From NCBI GenBank assembly GCA_008632985.1, contig QPGO01000341.1, positions 1 to 51,929 of the forward strand: DNA of 51,929 bases. Reading direction: 5' to 3'. Made by a program: the position numbers and the translations under genes. The stretch is from Psammoneis japonica (Eukaryota). Below the pieces are notes generated by a model, which saw only the letters and a list, made by a program, of their open reading frames with translations, made no database searches and was not told the origin of the DNA. Numbering within the stretch: the stretch's first letter is position 1; the number at the start of each line of letters is the position of its first letter. This document shows, one piece after another, positions 1 to 11,685 of this stretch.

Positions 1-247
1 GGATGTGCAAGTCTCCCAATACCAGCACTAACTCGCCAAAGCCTGCCATGATGAGAATAAGAACTACAAGGATTCGACTCGTGCACCTTCGGTATTAGGG
101 GTTACCGTATTAGGCTTTTTGTTTTATGGTAGCTTTTAGCTTTGCTTTACATAGAGCTTTAGCCTTTAGCCGTGTTGCCAGTGCTCGCAGTGCTCAGTCA
201 AGATTTCAATCTATCTGGAATCGGTGGTGTTGCTGCGCTAGATGGGA

Positions 248-290
248 GCGCGCGCGCGCGCGTATCTTTTGCTTGCCGTGCGCGCGCGCG
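248..290. repeat. Two (GC)n tracts (248-262, 280-290) forming a self-complementary pair upstream of MscS
   Basis: gcgcgcgcgcgcgcg, a 17-nt spacer, then gcgcgcgcgcg; about 200 bp upstream of the ATG. Function not shown. Confidence 0.7.
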
Positions 291-489
291 GGGGAGTTTC
301 GAGTTTTTTGGAAGTTTGAAGTTTTGAGATTTCTGCGTGACGTTCAAGTGTGTGAGTGTGCCGAAACGAAGTTGTTGCATCTACTGGTACTCTAGCTAGA
401 GAGTAGAGAGTCTAATAGATCGTAGACTGTCGCTGCTTGTTGATTCAATACATTCTTCATTCTCGCTTTGACAATTGACAAAGATCGCC

Positions 490-1723
490 ATGAGGTCGTG
501 GAGCTCTGACAAAAACACGACATTGGCCGGCCACATTTTCCCGGTACTTGACAAATTTGCTGTTTCTCGAGATCAGGTTGCCGAAATATCGAAAAGCGTC
601 AAAGAAGTCGGCGAATGGGAAGATATCTTATTGATCTTCATAGTCGGATGGGCTCTCTTGCCGATTGTAACCTACATCATTCAAGCAAAAACAGATGTTA
701 CCAAAGAAACCTTCCGAGACACGCGAACTTATCAAGTGTTCTTGAGCATTGCCCAAGTAGCGAGGATTGCACTCCTTGTGTACATGGTCGACATCCTCGA
801 CATCTGTTTGGAGATAATGGGCTTTGAGTTCTCGCGTGGAACGCAATTGTCAAGGCCGTTTGCAAAGATTGCGTATACGCTTTGGATGGCCTCGCGACTT
901 CACTCATAAAGCACTATCTACTGAAGACTTACCTTGGAGAAAAACAGAAAAAGCACGGACTTGCAAGCATGATGAATCATTTAAGTTCGGGTATTATTGG
1001 CGCATTGACGGCCTTTTTTCTTATTGATGTGCTAGATGTCGAGATGGGATTTACTTTCAAAAGCGCATTTGCGTTCGGCTCGGCGGGGACGTTGGCACTC
1101 ACGCTCGCGTCTCAGGGTTTGGTATCTCAAGTTATCAATGGGTTGGCATTGACGGTATCTACCAATGTATACGAAGGCGAACTTGTACAGTTTGGAGATG
1201 GGACATGTGGCAAAGTGCTTCGAATGGGCTGGCTGCAGACGTCTCTTCGCAGTGCGTCCTGCTTTTTGTGATGTCTCTCGCAATGGAAGTAACCTGCTCT
1301 CACCTTCTACACTACATCTACTCATTGTGTGTAGGTTCCAATGATCTGGTAATGACGGTGCCAAATTCATACCTTGCATCTCAGAAAATTACCAATATGT
1401 CGCGCGATAAACTATGCCAAGTGTATCAAGAGCTACGATTCCATTACAAGGATGCCGAGAAGCTACCGGCATGTATCAAAGACATGAAGGAAGAAATAAA
1501 GAAGAACTGTCCAAACGTCATTACGGACGGCGCTCGACAATTTCGCATCGTGTGGACAGACTTCAAGGACGATCATTTGCAAGTCATGGTCGATGTTCAC
1601 TTTCGGCTGCCTCCAATCGGTGACTTGTACTGGAATAATCGTCAGGCTGTGTTGGAGACGATCTACCAAGTGGTCAAGAAACATGAAATGGAATTTGCTG
1701 TTAAAGTGCGTCCACTTAGTTGA
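490..1723 (+). CDS. Mechanosensitive ion channel, MscS family; one intron (1252-1334) and one 1-nt frameshift near 900
   Basis: Hydrophobic TM segments, then 'FAFGSAGTLALTLASQGLVSQVINGL', 'YEGELVQFGDGTCGKVLRMGWLQTSLR' and 'SNDLVMTVPNS', typical of MscS TM3 and the beta domain. The GT..AG intron 1252-1334 keeps the frame. ORFs 475-909 and 882-1271 join if one T is added at 'cgactt-cactc'. Confidence 0.85.
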
Positions 1724-2089
1724 TTTTTTCTTCTCCTTCGAGTTTTTGCGATCATCATTATTTGCGGCGGGAGCAGTACCAGGATATCATTCTGTTCCTA
1801 CATGGTTGAGAGTCTACAACACATCCTTACTGCAGCATCCATAAGTAATTATTAATACCCGCGCTTAAAGATGCACTGGACGATTACGTGTACCTATCTC
1901 GCAGGGTGTCGTCCCATGAGACATCCACAACGAAAGGGAGTGACGGGACAGAAAACCATTTACGACTTCTATGTCCATGTACTTTGTCAAAATGCTTGGC
2001 CAAAACCTCCTGCTTGGTGGCTTCGTACCTTTGCTCCTTTAAGTAGACTTTTCTATTCACCTGCAACTCTCATGTAACGTGGTTTTTAC

Positions 2090-3865
2090 TAAGCAAGAAA
2101 ATGAGGGACAGCAAAAGGAGGTGCTGAAGCTGCAGTCAAATCAGAGGAATAGAAGGAGCGCATGATGCAGGGCACAGGGCGTTTGGTGGATGGAATGGAG
2201 GAGGAGTCCTTGCAAAGGGTAGAAAGGAACTGAAGGGCATGAGCAGAGAGATGACATGTGAGATGTTGAAGCTCAATTTTTGGGTGAGCCACTGAGAGGG
2301 AGAAGAGGGCTGGTGCCTGCTGCTGAAGCAGTTGCTGGCAAGTTGGATCCAGGTGAAATCAGCAGAAGGAACAAGGGAGGTGGGAGAAGCAAGGGTGTGA
2401 AGGAAGGCAGAGCAGGAGGCATCAGAGCTGTGGAGGGCAGAGAAAGAGGGCCAAGGAGGCTTGGGCTGACAGTGGGCAGCAAGCAAGAAGACAAAAAGAA
2501 AGTGGTGAAAGAAGAAGCCAAGACCACCCAAGTGAGCAATGGCAAAAGGAAGAAGGAAGATCCCATCATTGTTGAGAGAGCCAAAGAAAAGGAGGGTCCA
2601 AGGAACTTTGATCTTGTGCTTGGCTCAAGCAGAAGTGTGCCTCAGTTGATGGCACAGGAGCAGTGAGGGTCCAGGCAGACCAGGAGGAGGGCCAAAGAAG
2701 GAGCTTTGGGCACAGTGACATCAATGGCAACACAGTGGTGATGAGAAGGGAGTGGAAAGAAAAGCAGGAGAGAAGGGGTGGAAATGCCAACATCATCTGG
2801 GCAAAGAAGGGGACAGGAGACCAAGAGTTTGCAGGCTTGATGAGATGGACATCAACAGGCAAGCAGCGTGCAACTTGGCAAGAGGCTCAAAGGTTTGAGA
2901 CATGACAAAGACAGCATCACAAAGGCCATTGGAGAGCTTGGGATTGTGGCTGTGTTGGCAAGAGAAGGCATGATCTCTGCAGGCATCCAGAATGGCATGG
3001 CCACAGGGGCAGAAGAAGGAAGGGCAGGAAGGCAGAGCTTGTGCTGACTGGGCAGTGGTGACACAGGTGCATGAGAGGATGCAAAGGCAGGTGGAAGCAG
3101 CAGAGCTGTGAGAGAGGGGGCAAAAGGGGAGGCTTGCAAGGGGGGAGAGGAGTGAGGAGGGGGGGAACTTGGACATCAGAGGGAGCATCAGCTGGGACAG
3201 AAGCAGCTGTGATGAGGAGCACAACAGAGATGGTGGGCCAGACAAGGAGTGGTTGTCACTGACTTGAAAGAGCAGATGGGCAAGTGGCAGAGGACACAAA
3301 GCCAAGGTCCAGGGACCAGGCAAAGTGGAGACAGATGCTGCAAAGGCAAAGACAAGAGTGGGGTTTGTTCCAAGATGAAAGAGAGCTTCAGGTGCTGGGG
3401 AAGAAGAGCTGTGGAATTGCCAGGTTGAAGCTGAGTTCAGTGAGTGGCAAAGCAAGAAAAGGAGCAGAGAAGTGCCACAAGGACAAAGGGGATGACAGCG
3501 GCAGAAAAGAGCCACAAAGAGTGACCAAAGCCACCAAGGGAGGCTGGGAAAAAAGCAGCAGCAAGGCAGTGATGAAAGGCGGTGCAATGAAGAAAGCAAC
3601 AGACAACAGTGAGGGCAGCACATCTCTTGAAAGAACAAGGGGGGTCGTGCAGGAGGTTTGTCAACATTGAAATTGTGGCAAAAGTTGGCACCAAAGAGGT
3701 GGGTGGAAGAAGGGATGGAGAAGTGTTCAAAGAGCCAGGCTCGACCTGGTTTGTCATGAAGGCTGGTGAGGAGTTTCTTGACTTTGGAGGAGAGAACCCA
3801 GGCTGGCCAAGGAAGCAAACACCGGAAGCAAGCTCAGGTTGTGGGATGGGGTTGAATGTCGCAAG
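2090..3865. repeat. Unclassified, heavily eroded repeat/TE remnant (TpA- and CpG-depleted, purine-rich on +)
   Basis: Abrupt compositional switch: very few TA or CG dinucleotides, unlike the flanks. No recognisable domain or termini. Confidence 0.6.
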
Positions 3866-4437
3866 GTAGCCGACAAACTCGATTGACTTGACACGATCGT
3901 CTTTCGATCAAACACAGACATTGCGGACAAGCCTTTTGCTGATCTCTCTCGGGATATGTGACCGAAATGACTTATAGATTCGGCAATAATTATGAAGTAA
4001 TCGTGAAAGATGACCACACGTGATTCTTTCGTTCAAAAGTGTACTCGGATGAAATATTTAGGGACAGTCACGAGTGGCATAAAAAGACTTAGCCAATCGA
4101 TTTCAATTCTGACTCATCACATTTTTCTATGACTTTGACATATTCTTGTATCCGGAGATACCCGTGTTTACGTTAGTTCTACGTCAAGTGAACCGAAGGC
4201 ATTTTGATCGTCGATACCGATTTATGTCGTCGATGACCAACGATGACTTTTCCTTTGTCTCTCTCTTTTTTTCCCCCAATCTCACACAAAACGACGCAGT
4301 GTTGTTCATTNGTGCATCGCGGATACACGGATAAGGAAGCATCCAAGTTGCCTTTGTCCTGTAGAGAAGAAGAAGAAGAAGAAGAAAGCCGTTCCAGTTC
4401 TATTGACGAGCCGAAGCACAACAAAGACATTCTGGCA

Positions 4438-4779
4438 ATGACGCCAAAGCGATCCAGAGACGTATCGTTTCGCGATGCTGCTTCTGTAGTCATACCTACC
4501 GGTGCCATGCCTTGCGTTGAAGAACCTTCGCCAAAAAAGCGAAGGTTTCAGAGGCGCAATTCCAAGGTACCTTCCATGTTTTTCCCCTCCGTTTCACGAC
4601 GAGACTCCGTGCTGCTTGATTCTTCACCACGCGAGAGTCGCAACGACGCATCGTGGAGAAAACAAGACAGCAAGTCATCCTTCCCTACTCAACAGGAATG
4701 GAGTCGATTTCTGCACACTTGTGAACCTAGCATAGAAGACCTGTTGAAATATTTGAACAGAGTAGACGGCCTGGCGTGA
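4438..4779 (+). CDS. Small hypothetical protein with a KKRRFQRRNSKVPSM motif (diatom-type)
   Basis: Clean ATG at 4438 within ORF 4243-4779. The basic motif 'PSPKKRRFQRRNSKVPSMF' resembles a motif I recall from diatom hypothetical proteins. Confidence 0.6.
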   Translation: MTPKRSRDVSFRDAASVVIPTGAMPCVEEPSPKKRRFQRRNSKVPSMFFPSVSRRDSVLLDSSPRESRNDASWRKQDSKSSFPTQQEWSRFLHTCEPSIEDLLKYLNRVDGLA

Positions 4780-5176
4780 TCAAACGCGGATTGATGACCA
4801 CGGTACCGGTGCCGTATACCCCATACCCCTCTCTGGTGTTGGAGTTGGAGACATCTTTTGGAGCACGTATTAGACTATGCTCCGCATCGCACGCCCAGCA
4901 CTCGAGAATATTTCGAAAGCTACAAACCTGATTGAATCTGAGAATCGTACCATCAAAACACGTCAAGTTTTGTGGCAATCTCACACCGAAACTTCTCGAG
5001 ATACTAAGAGCAGAACATGACGACTAAAACCCCGTTATCACCTTTTATGCAGTACATGATTAGTTCTTCTTACAGGCGTATCACAGGTACTCATAGCAAT
5101 CAATAAATCTGCCAGAAGTGCCAATTATAATCCGAGTGATGCTTGTCTGGCACGCTCCCCGTATGTAAAACATGAA

Positions 5177-8075
5177 TCATTTGTAAGTAGTCCTTGCATC
5201 GTAATTCCCCGTGGTGGCATCAGACATTGAGCCCCGTAATCCCTGCTTCTCTTTGTCGTACAGAATATGTTCAAAGCCTCGCTTCTGCAAATAAGGACGT
5301 AACGACTTGGTGTTGACGGGATTCCTACGTGGCGAGAGGTAAACAGCGACTGTTAGGCAACCAACATGAAAAAGTAAAGATTGTTGTAGCGCCTAGAAAA
5401 TTTGCTTACCACCAGCAGTGCGTACACTGTATAATCACATCCAAGTTGTCAGGATTCTTGTGCATATCATGTTTCTGACGATTGTTTCGAATTGTCGTAC
5501 GTATCTGCTCTTTCTGATCCCGCTGTTTATCGTGTGCTCGCTCGCATACATGTGAGTAATCTTTGTCCTGGCCAGGCCGTTTGCAAATGCCGTCCACGTC
5601 CTGGGTTTGACATTGTATGTTTCCCCAATATTCAGACACCAAATACTACAGGAAGGGCGTTGCAGGACCTTCAGCAAACGCAGAACCTGCTTATCACGCA
5701 TTCCAATATTAAAGTTCTGAAAATGAAAACAAGGACAGTTCGCATGAGGAAGAGTGGAGTCAAACGCCATGAAAGGGACACCACAACGGACATACCTGAA
5801 TGTACAATGATTGACAATTGGTGTTCTCCTCGAGAGCGTCGAGCGCAGCATCAATGACAACCGTGGGAGTAGCTGGATCACTAAGGTACTTCTTCATCTT
5901 CAACACAACCATGTCGCTGTCGTTGTTCTTAAGCTTTTCTAGCAAGCTCAGCGTCTTGGGTCCAGTCAAGATGGACTGTGATGGCTGACGAACAGATCTC
6001 CGAACCCAGTTCCCCGCAGGTGTCACAGCATCGTCATCCGCAAGAATCGCCTTTAGCTCCGCGGCGGTGGGAGGTTTGGCTTCTGCCTTTACTCTCCTTG
6101 CTTCCTCTGCTTCAATTCTTGCTTTTTCCAACTCTTCCGGAGTCGGTGCCAAGATCGGCTGAGTCTTTTTCCGAAAGCCCGACTTTTTCCCCGATTTTGG
6201 TGGTCTTCCCCGCTTTTTCTTCTCAGCGGCTCCCTTGTCTGATTCGCTCTTCTTGGGTCTACCCCGCGGTCGTTTCTTTTTCTTTCGCTTGAATCTAGGC
6301 GGCACCCTCTTTTCAGTAGCGGTACCCCAGGCCGTCTCGCCCCAATCGCTATCCGACCAATACTCAACTTCACTACTCATGGCAGAACTGGTATCACCAT
6401 CCGAAGAAGCCAATACAATTTCGGACGAATTGGGATTGTCGTACTTTGCAAGACCCGGTGGAGTGCAGCCAAACATCTTTTGTGCCCAACGCAGAATCTC
6501 CTCCTCGTCCTCTGACGACGAGGTGTCATCATCAGAACTGTCCGTGTCCACGACTTGTACTGGTGTCTCTTGCGGTTGCTTGTTTTCAATGACCTGATCG
6601 GTTCCTTTCTTCGTTGGTTCTTGCTTTTTATCCATTGGAACCACTTTTACTTCTTGTTCCCGCCGCTTGACCGGCTCGGTCGTTTGCAACTGCATCGCCG
6701 TGTCCTCTTCGGCATGATTCACCGAGTGCGGTGATTCACTGACAATACCCGCCGGCATGTCGTGGGATGTGGCAGTTCTAGGAGTTGTAGAGATGATGCG
6801 AGCTTCCAATGCTACTGCGTGATGATCAGATCCGTGATGGTATTCTTCCGACGAGGCTTCCATTAAATCCGGCGTAGCCTCGATATCAAGCGCATCAACG
6901 ATCGTTCTCTTCTTTGCATCCGAGTCTGAATTGCGTAGCGATGGTTCTGGCTTCTTTTCCATACTCTCGACAGGCTTAACGATTTCCAGCTTTTCCGTGT
7001 GCGCCTTGGTTACTGACTTGACTTGTTTAGTGACACCGGTATGCCTAGGGTTCGCCACGCTCTCGACGACCGGCTTGAGATCTTCCTTCTCTTTGATGGT
7101 CACTGGTTTAACTACTCCCACACTCCCCATCGCCGCCTCTTCTTTTGCGACTTTTGCAGTCTTCGCTTCATGCTTGTCGGCGCTCTGATTCATATCGATG
7201 GTTCCTTTCTCGTTTCTGTCCTTCGACGGAACCGGTTCATCCGACTTGTCATGCTTTCCCCCAGCAGACAACGACTTGCTTTCTACATGTCGTACTTTCC
7301 CCAGTTCCCCCTTGTTCCCATCGGAAATTCCCTCTTTCTTCTTTGGAACTTCATTTCGCTGTTGTTGTTGTTGACTCGGTACCCACCGTTTCTTGAGCGG
7401 AGAGGAGCTTCTACCCAGACGAGTAGGCTTGTGCATAGAATTTTTCTTTTCTGCCTGCTGCGCTGGTGGCCTAAAGAGTGGATGTCCCGACTTTTGTCCA
7501 GGTGATCTAGAATACCCATTCAAACGTCTCCTATCCACGGAAGTGGAAGAAGACCGCGAGGGCGACTGTCTGCTGTGTTGTCGTGAATAAGAATCATAGG
7601 GAGATCTGCTGTGGTGGCTGTTGTGACTGGAACGTGAATGATGACTGGAAGACGACGAACGAGAACGAGACCGCTGTCTGTCGTATTGACCATATGAATG
7701 TGACCTTGATGATGATGGCGAGTAGTGGTGCTGTGATGATGATGCATACCGTATTCTCTCCGTGGTTGCTGCTTCTCTCCGCGGAACGGTATGTTTGTGT
7801 TGAGGTTCGTTTCGCACAACGTGTTGACTACTCTCTCCGTCACGCCTGCTGTACGGTTGCTGTTCTACTTGTCTCCGACGTTGTTGCTGATGATGATTCT
7901 CATGCTTCCATCTAGCACTCGGAGGTCCATCGTTGTGGTGGCGGTGATGCGGCAAGTCGCATTCATACAGAGGTCGCTTCTTTCCGCGTCGACCAAAGGC
8001 ATCGACCTCTTCACTAGCAAACGATGGACCCGACGAATCACCATCTTGCTTTACAAACGATCGAAATGCCGCCAT
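5177..8075 (-). CDS. Large low-complexity nuclear protein with two AT-hook-like motifs and a globular C-terminal domain; 3 exons (8075-5796, 5716-5410, 5324-5177)
   Basis: 771-aa ORF with an RS/H-rich N-terminus, 'KKRPRGRPKK' and 'KKKRGRPPK'. GT-AG introns 5795-5717 and 5409-5325 give a continuous reading ...LYIQ|NFNIG... and ...HCWW|NPVNTK...TYK*. An apparent frameshift near 5520-5530 lies in short homopolymers. Confidence 0.8.
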
Positions 8076-8697
8076 ACTGACATTTACAAGCCTTGACTAC
8101 TCGATACAACAATAAGGATGATTCAACCCTTCCAATGTCAAGAAAAACACCGCAACCTGCTGTTCGTGACTCAGAATCAGAATCTAGCTTTTCTCCCGAT
8201 CAACAGACGCGTTTCGAAATCCGCTAAGGACTCCTTTGCTTCTAAGCAGTGTGTCACGGTCTCTTTGTTGCGCTACTCAAGACAAGGACAACAAACACAG
8301 TGCAGAGCGGAGCGGCGTTGACAGCACTTGCCCGTCTTGGTTGATTTTATGTATGTCTGCTGGTGCAAAGCCGCGTTGAGTTTTCAGTTTGGTAATCATC
8401 CCCTGTAGATTCTACGTGAAGTTCGGGTTTCTGTCATGGCGCACGTGCAAGCTACGTAGAAAGTAGTACTCGCTATTTCAGTGGTCGTACGGCAGGCGTT
8501 AAATTCGAAATATTTTTATTCAGCTTTTAGTACAACATAAAACAGTGACGGTCTGTCTGGCTCCACGTTCCAGCACAGACCTACATATCATACGGTACAC
8601 AGACAGACCCACCATACCACACGGCCATAGCAAAAAATTAAAAATGCAATGTGCGAGCCTGCAGTGTGATTGTAGGACCCTCTCTCTAGCTAGCTAG

Positions 8698-8985
8698 ACT
8701 CCTTTCAATGTGAAATACCGGCAGGTAACCAAGCCGGATGCAACACCTTTGGACTGCACCAAAACTTACCCAACTTGCAAAAGCTTCACAAAGACAGAGA
8801 CTTGCTGGTTTTCTTTGCCAATGCAGGGGGTCTTGGAAAGCCCACAACGAAGGAAACACATGAAGCAGACACAACTCTTTACGCATGGTACATGGACGTT
8901 CGAGATTCATACAGACTAGTGTCATGAAGCTGTCGAAAGAGGAATTTGAAATTTTTGGAAGACTCCTCTCAAACGCCTTGGCTCA
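8698..8985 (+). pseudogene. Short diverged copy of the DUF1501 coding segment at ~20483-20725
   Basis: Direct nucleotide similarity: 'ggcaggtaaccaagc.ggatgcaacacctttggactgcac...tggttttctttgccaa...ttggaagactc...aaacgccttggct' occurs in both places, with indels. Confidence 0.8.
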
Positions 8986-9048
8986 TTCAGGAAAATCGGT
9001 GAAGAATTTCCGAGTTTCGAAACAGTGGGAATTGGTTCTTTGATCCAT

Positions 9049-9196
9049 TGGAGAAAGCATCAGTGCCGCACCGTCTTTCATGAGTCCAAATTCAATGGAA
9101 AAAGGCAACACAGATCTCAGTGCCCACTGTGACCTTCCAAACGATCTGACAGCGGGCTCCAAGGGATTGCAACACTGAGGATGTTTGGCCGGGCTG
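9049..9196 (+). repeat. 148-bp direct repeat, TpA-converted copy of 11252-11399
   Basis: Ungapped alignment to 11252-11399 ('gagaaagcatcagtgccgcaccgtctttcatgagtcc...'). Confidence 0.95.
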
Positions 9197-9199
9197 TCA

Positions 9200-11381
9200 G
9201 ACCTCTTGAAATTCCAACCGGTGAAGTGGTCGACCAGTCTGAGCTCTTCAACTGTTCCAACTGCCATGCCATGTTCAGTGCTGCCTGCCATTCTCACGGC
9301 ATCACTGTCATCACAGCCAAGCTTGCAGCCTGGCAATTTTCCATTGACTGCTCCATTGACTGAACCGAGGGATGTGCCTTCCATGAAACCTTCATCGGGA
9401 CCATTGCCAAGTCTGTCAAATGCCCCAAGTGCAGCACCAAGCGGCGTGCCATCCTTGACACCGTCAACAAGGCATCCGTGGCATTGAGTCCACACCATCT
9501 GATTCTCCATTGATGTCACAGAGCCCAACGGGGCTGCGATCTGAGGCTCCGACGACATTGTCTGAACCCATGATTTCCAACATTTTGCATCTGCAATTCC
9601 GTCTGACACTCAACGTGATCTTCAGACAACAAGCCCACCAGCTGGACTGAGCAATTCACAGTCACCAACACCTCCTTCAGCAATGGCATCAACAGCACCA
9701 AGTGTGCAACCCAGCAATCTGTGATCAGCAGCTCCATCGAGCAAACCAAGCAATGTGCCAACACTTCCACCCTTGATGGCATCATCTTCCTTCCAGTCAG
9801 CACCGCCTTGCAACACACCATCCGCTGAGCCATCGGGTGAACCAAGCTGAAGCATGTGCCATCTCTGACACCCTTCAAATGAACCTCCTTGCACCAAGCA
9901 ACATGCCGTTGACAACTGCATCATTGGAGCTGAGCAACGCACCATTGCTCACACCTTCAACGACACCAAATCTACAACCCCTGCATCAGAACCTGGTGTG
10001 GATCTTTGTGGTGCAACATCAACAAGTGCATCCTCTCTGCTGAGTGCTGTGCTTTCATCATTGACACCGTCTGCTGCTCCCAATGGTGTCCACAGCATCA
10101 CCATCATTGCGTCCAAGCTCCGAACTTGGCGACTCACCATCGACAACACCATCAGTTGGACCGAGGGATGTCCCTCCGTGAAACCTTCAGCAGCCCCATC
10201 ACCAAGTCTGTCAGGAGACCCAAGCAGACTGTGCCAAGCATGGAACCATCAAACAATCCATCCAATGAACTGTGCGGTGTGCAATCTTCGAGAACGTCAA
10301 TGCCATCATGTGCACCATCTGTGGCACCGAGTCAAACTCCGTCTCAGCAACCATCTGCTTCGCCTTCCATGATGCCACCATTTTCTCAGCTGCCATTGAG
10401 CCAGCCTTCAGAACCAAACTCCATGGAAGAACCCAGGCCAGCAGCCATTTCGGAAGATCTGCACTCTTCCCAACCTTCTAAGACATTGTCACCTTCTTTC
10501 TCACCTTCTTCAAGTCCTCCGCATTCCAAGGCACCGTCCGGGAGACCATCATCAACTGAGTCTTCACACTCATCAGAGGCACCTTCAACTCCCAAATAAT
10601 GAAATCCTGTTGAGTTGCCCCAGCACCGACAACTTTGCCTTCGTCCAGTCGTGGACCACGACAACACTCCACCATTCAGATTGCATCAGTGGAGACTCGG
10701 AGTCTGAAACGACTTAAAGGAAATTTATCACGGGAAACATCCCACCAGTAGAATCGTTTTCGATTGATGAGCTGCTGGGTCAAGAGTGCGAATCGATTCA
10801 AACGAGATTGCAGGCAAGCGGCGAAATCCTAGTTGGAATGAACGTAGTCTAATCGGTAATATTATCCCTGCAGTCGATTCTTTTCCATTTGCAGAAGCTG
10901 TGGGTCATAGATTTGAAACAGATTTTCACCGGCTATGTTGATTCACGAAAAGACTCGTCAAGTTTCTTCCAAATGCCAAACTCTGCGGTTGGAGGAGTCG
11001 AGGGTGCACAAGAAAGTCTGGTAGCGATGCAAACGGCGTCAAACGTGCTTCGATTTTAGTTGCAATCACCGCTGCAACGTTAAGAGTTGGCATGGCTATT
11101 TCTGCTATATGGAAAAGGTATCGAGTCCGAGACACTCGAACGGAAGCTCTCTCTTTACCAAAGGCAGCATCGACTCGCTTTCCAAGGGAGTGAATTTCGA
11201 GCATTGCATGATGAAGGAAGCCACCTCTCGTCACCCGAGAAGTCCACTCTCTAGAGAAAGCATCAGTGCCGCACCGTCTTTCATGAGTCCAAATTCAATG
11301 GAAAAAGGCAACACAGATCTCAGTGCCAACTATGACCTTTCAAACGATCTGACAGCGGGCTCCAAGGGATTGCAATACTAA
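9200..11381 (+). pseudogene. Decayed Pro/Ser/Thr-rich (PSxxPS) stalk protein with a C-terminal TM-like segment
   Basis: Repeats such as 'PSLSNAPSAAPSGVPSLTPST' and 'PSVAPSQTPSQQPSASPS'. A hydrophobic stretch 'SILVAITAATLRVGMAISAIW' is followed by KRYR near 11050-11125. Many stops and frameshifts. Confidence 0.6.
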
Positions 11382-11403
11382 GGATGTTTAGTCGGGCTAA
11401 CCG

Positions 11404-11685
11404 CTAACCTGTGCGGGGAGAGACAAAGGATGCAGAACACCGTAAGGAGTCTTCGCACGGAGGAGGACTTGCGCAGTATCTTTCTGCGAGCAAGCCAGAA
11501 CTCTCGTCACCGGTAAACTCGACGGGTACAGTATCGATTCCAAGCGTCTTCGCCGTCCTCGCTGTCTTAAAATAGGTCTCTTCAAAGGGTAGTAGCACCA
11601 ACAAACCTTGGCCCTCTTTTCCAGCTCGACCTGTGCGTCCGAAGCGGTGAATGTAGTTTCCTTGATGTCGGGTTCTCCATACAGT
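11404..11685 (-). pseudogene. DEAD-box RNA helicase C-terminal fragment
   Basis: The minus strand reads 'YIHRFGRTGRAGKEGQGLLVLLPFE', i.e. helicase motif VI (HRxGRxGR). The upstream motifs are absent. Confidence 0.8.

Noticed and set aside
1871..2077. Short ORFs between MscS and the eroded block, possibly joined to 3870-4080
   Set aside because: No recognisable motif, TSD or continuous frame could be shown.
2793..3818. 341-aa minus-strand ORF
   Set aside because: Antisense of purine-rich, TA-depleted DNA; open only because stops are scarce.
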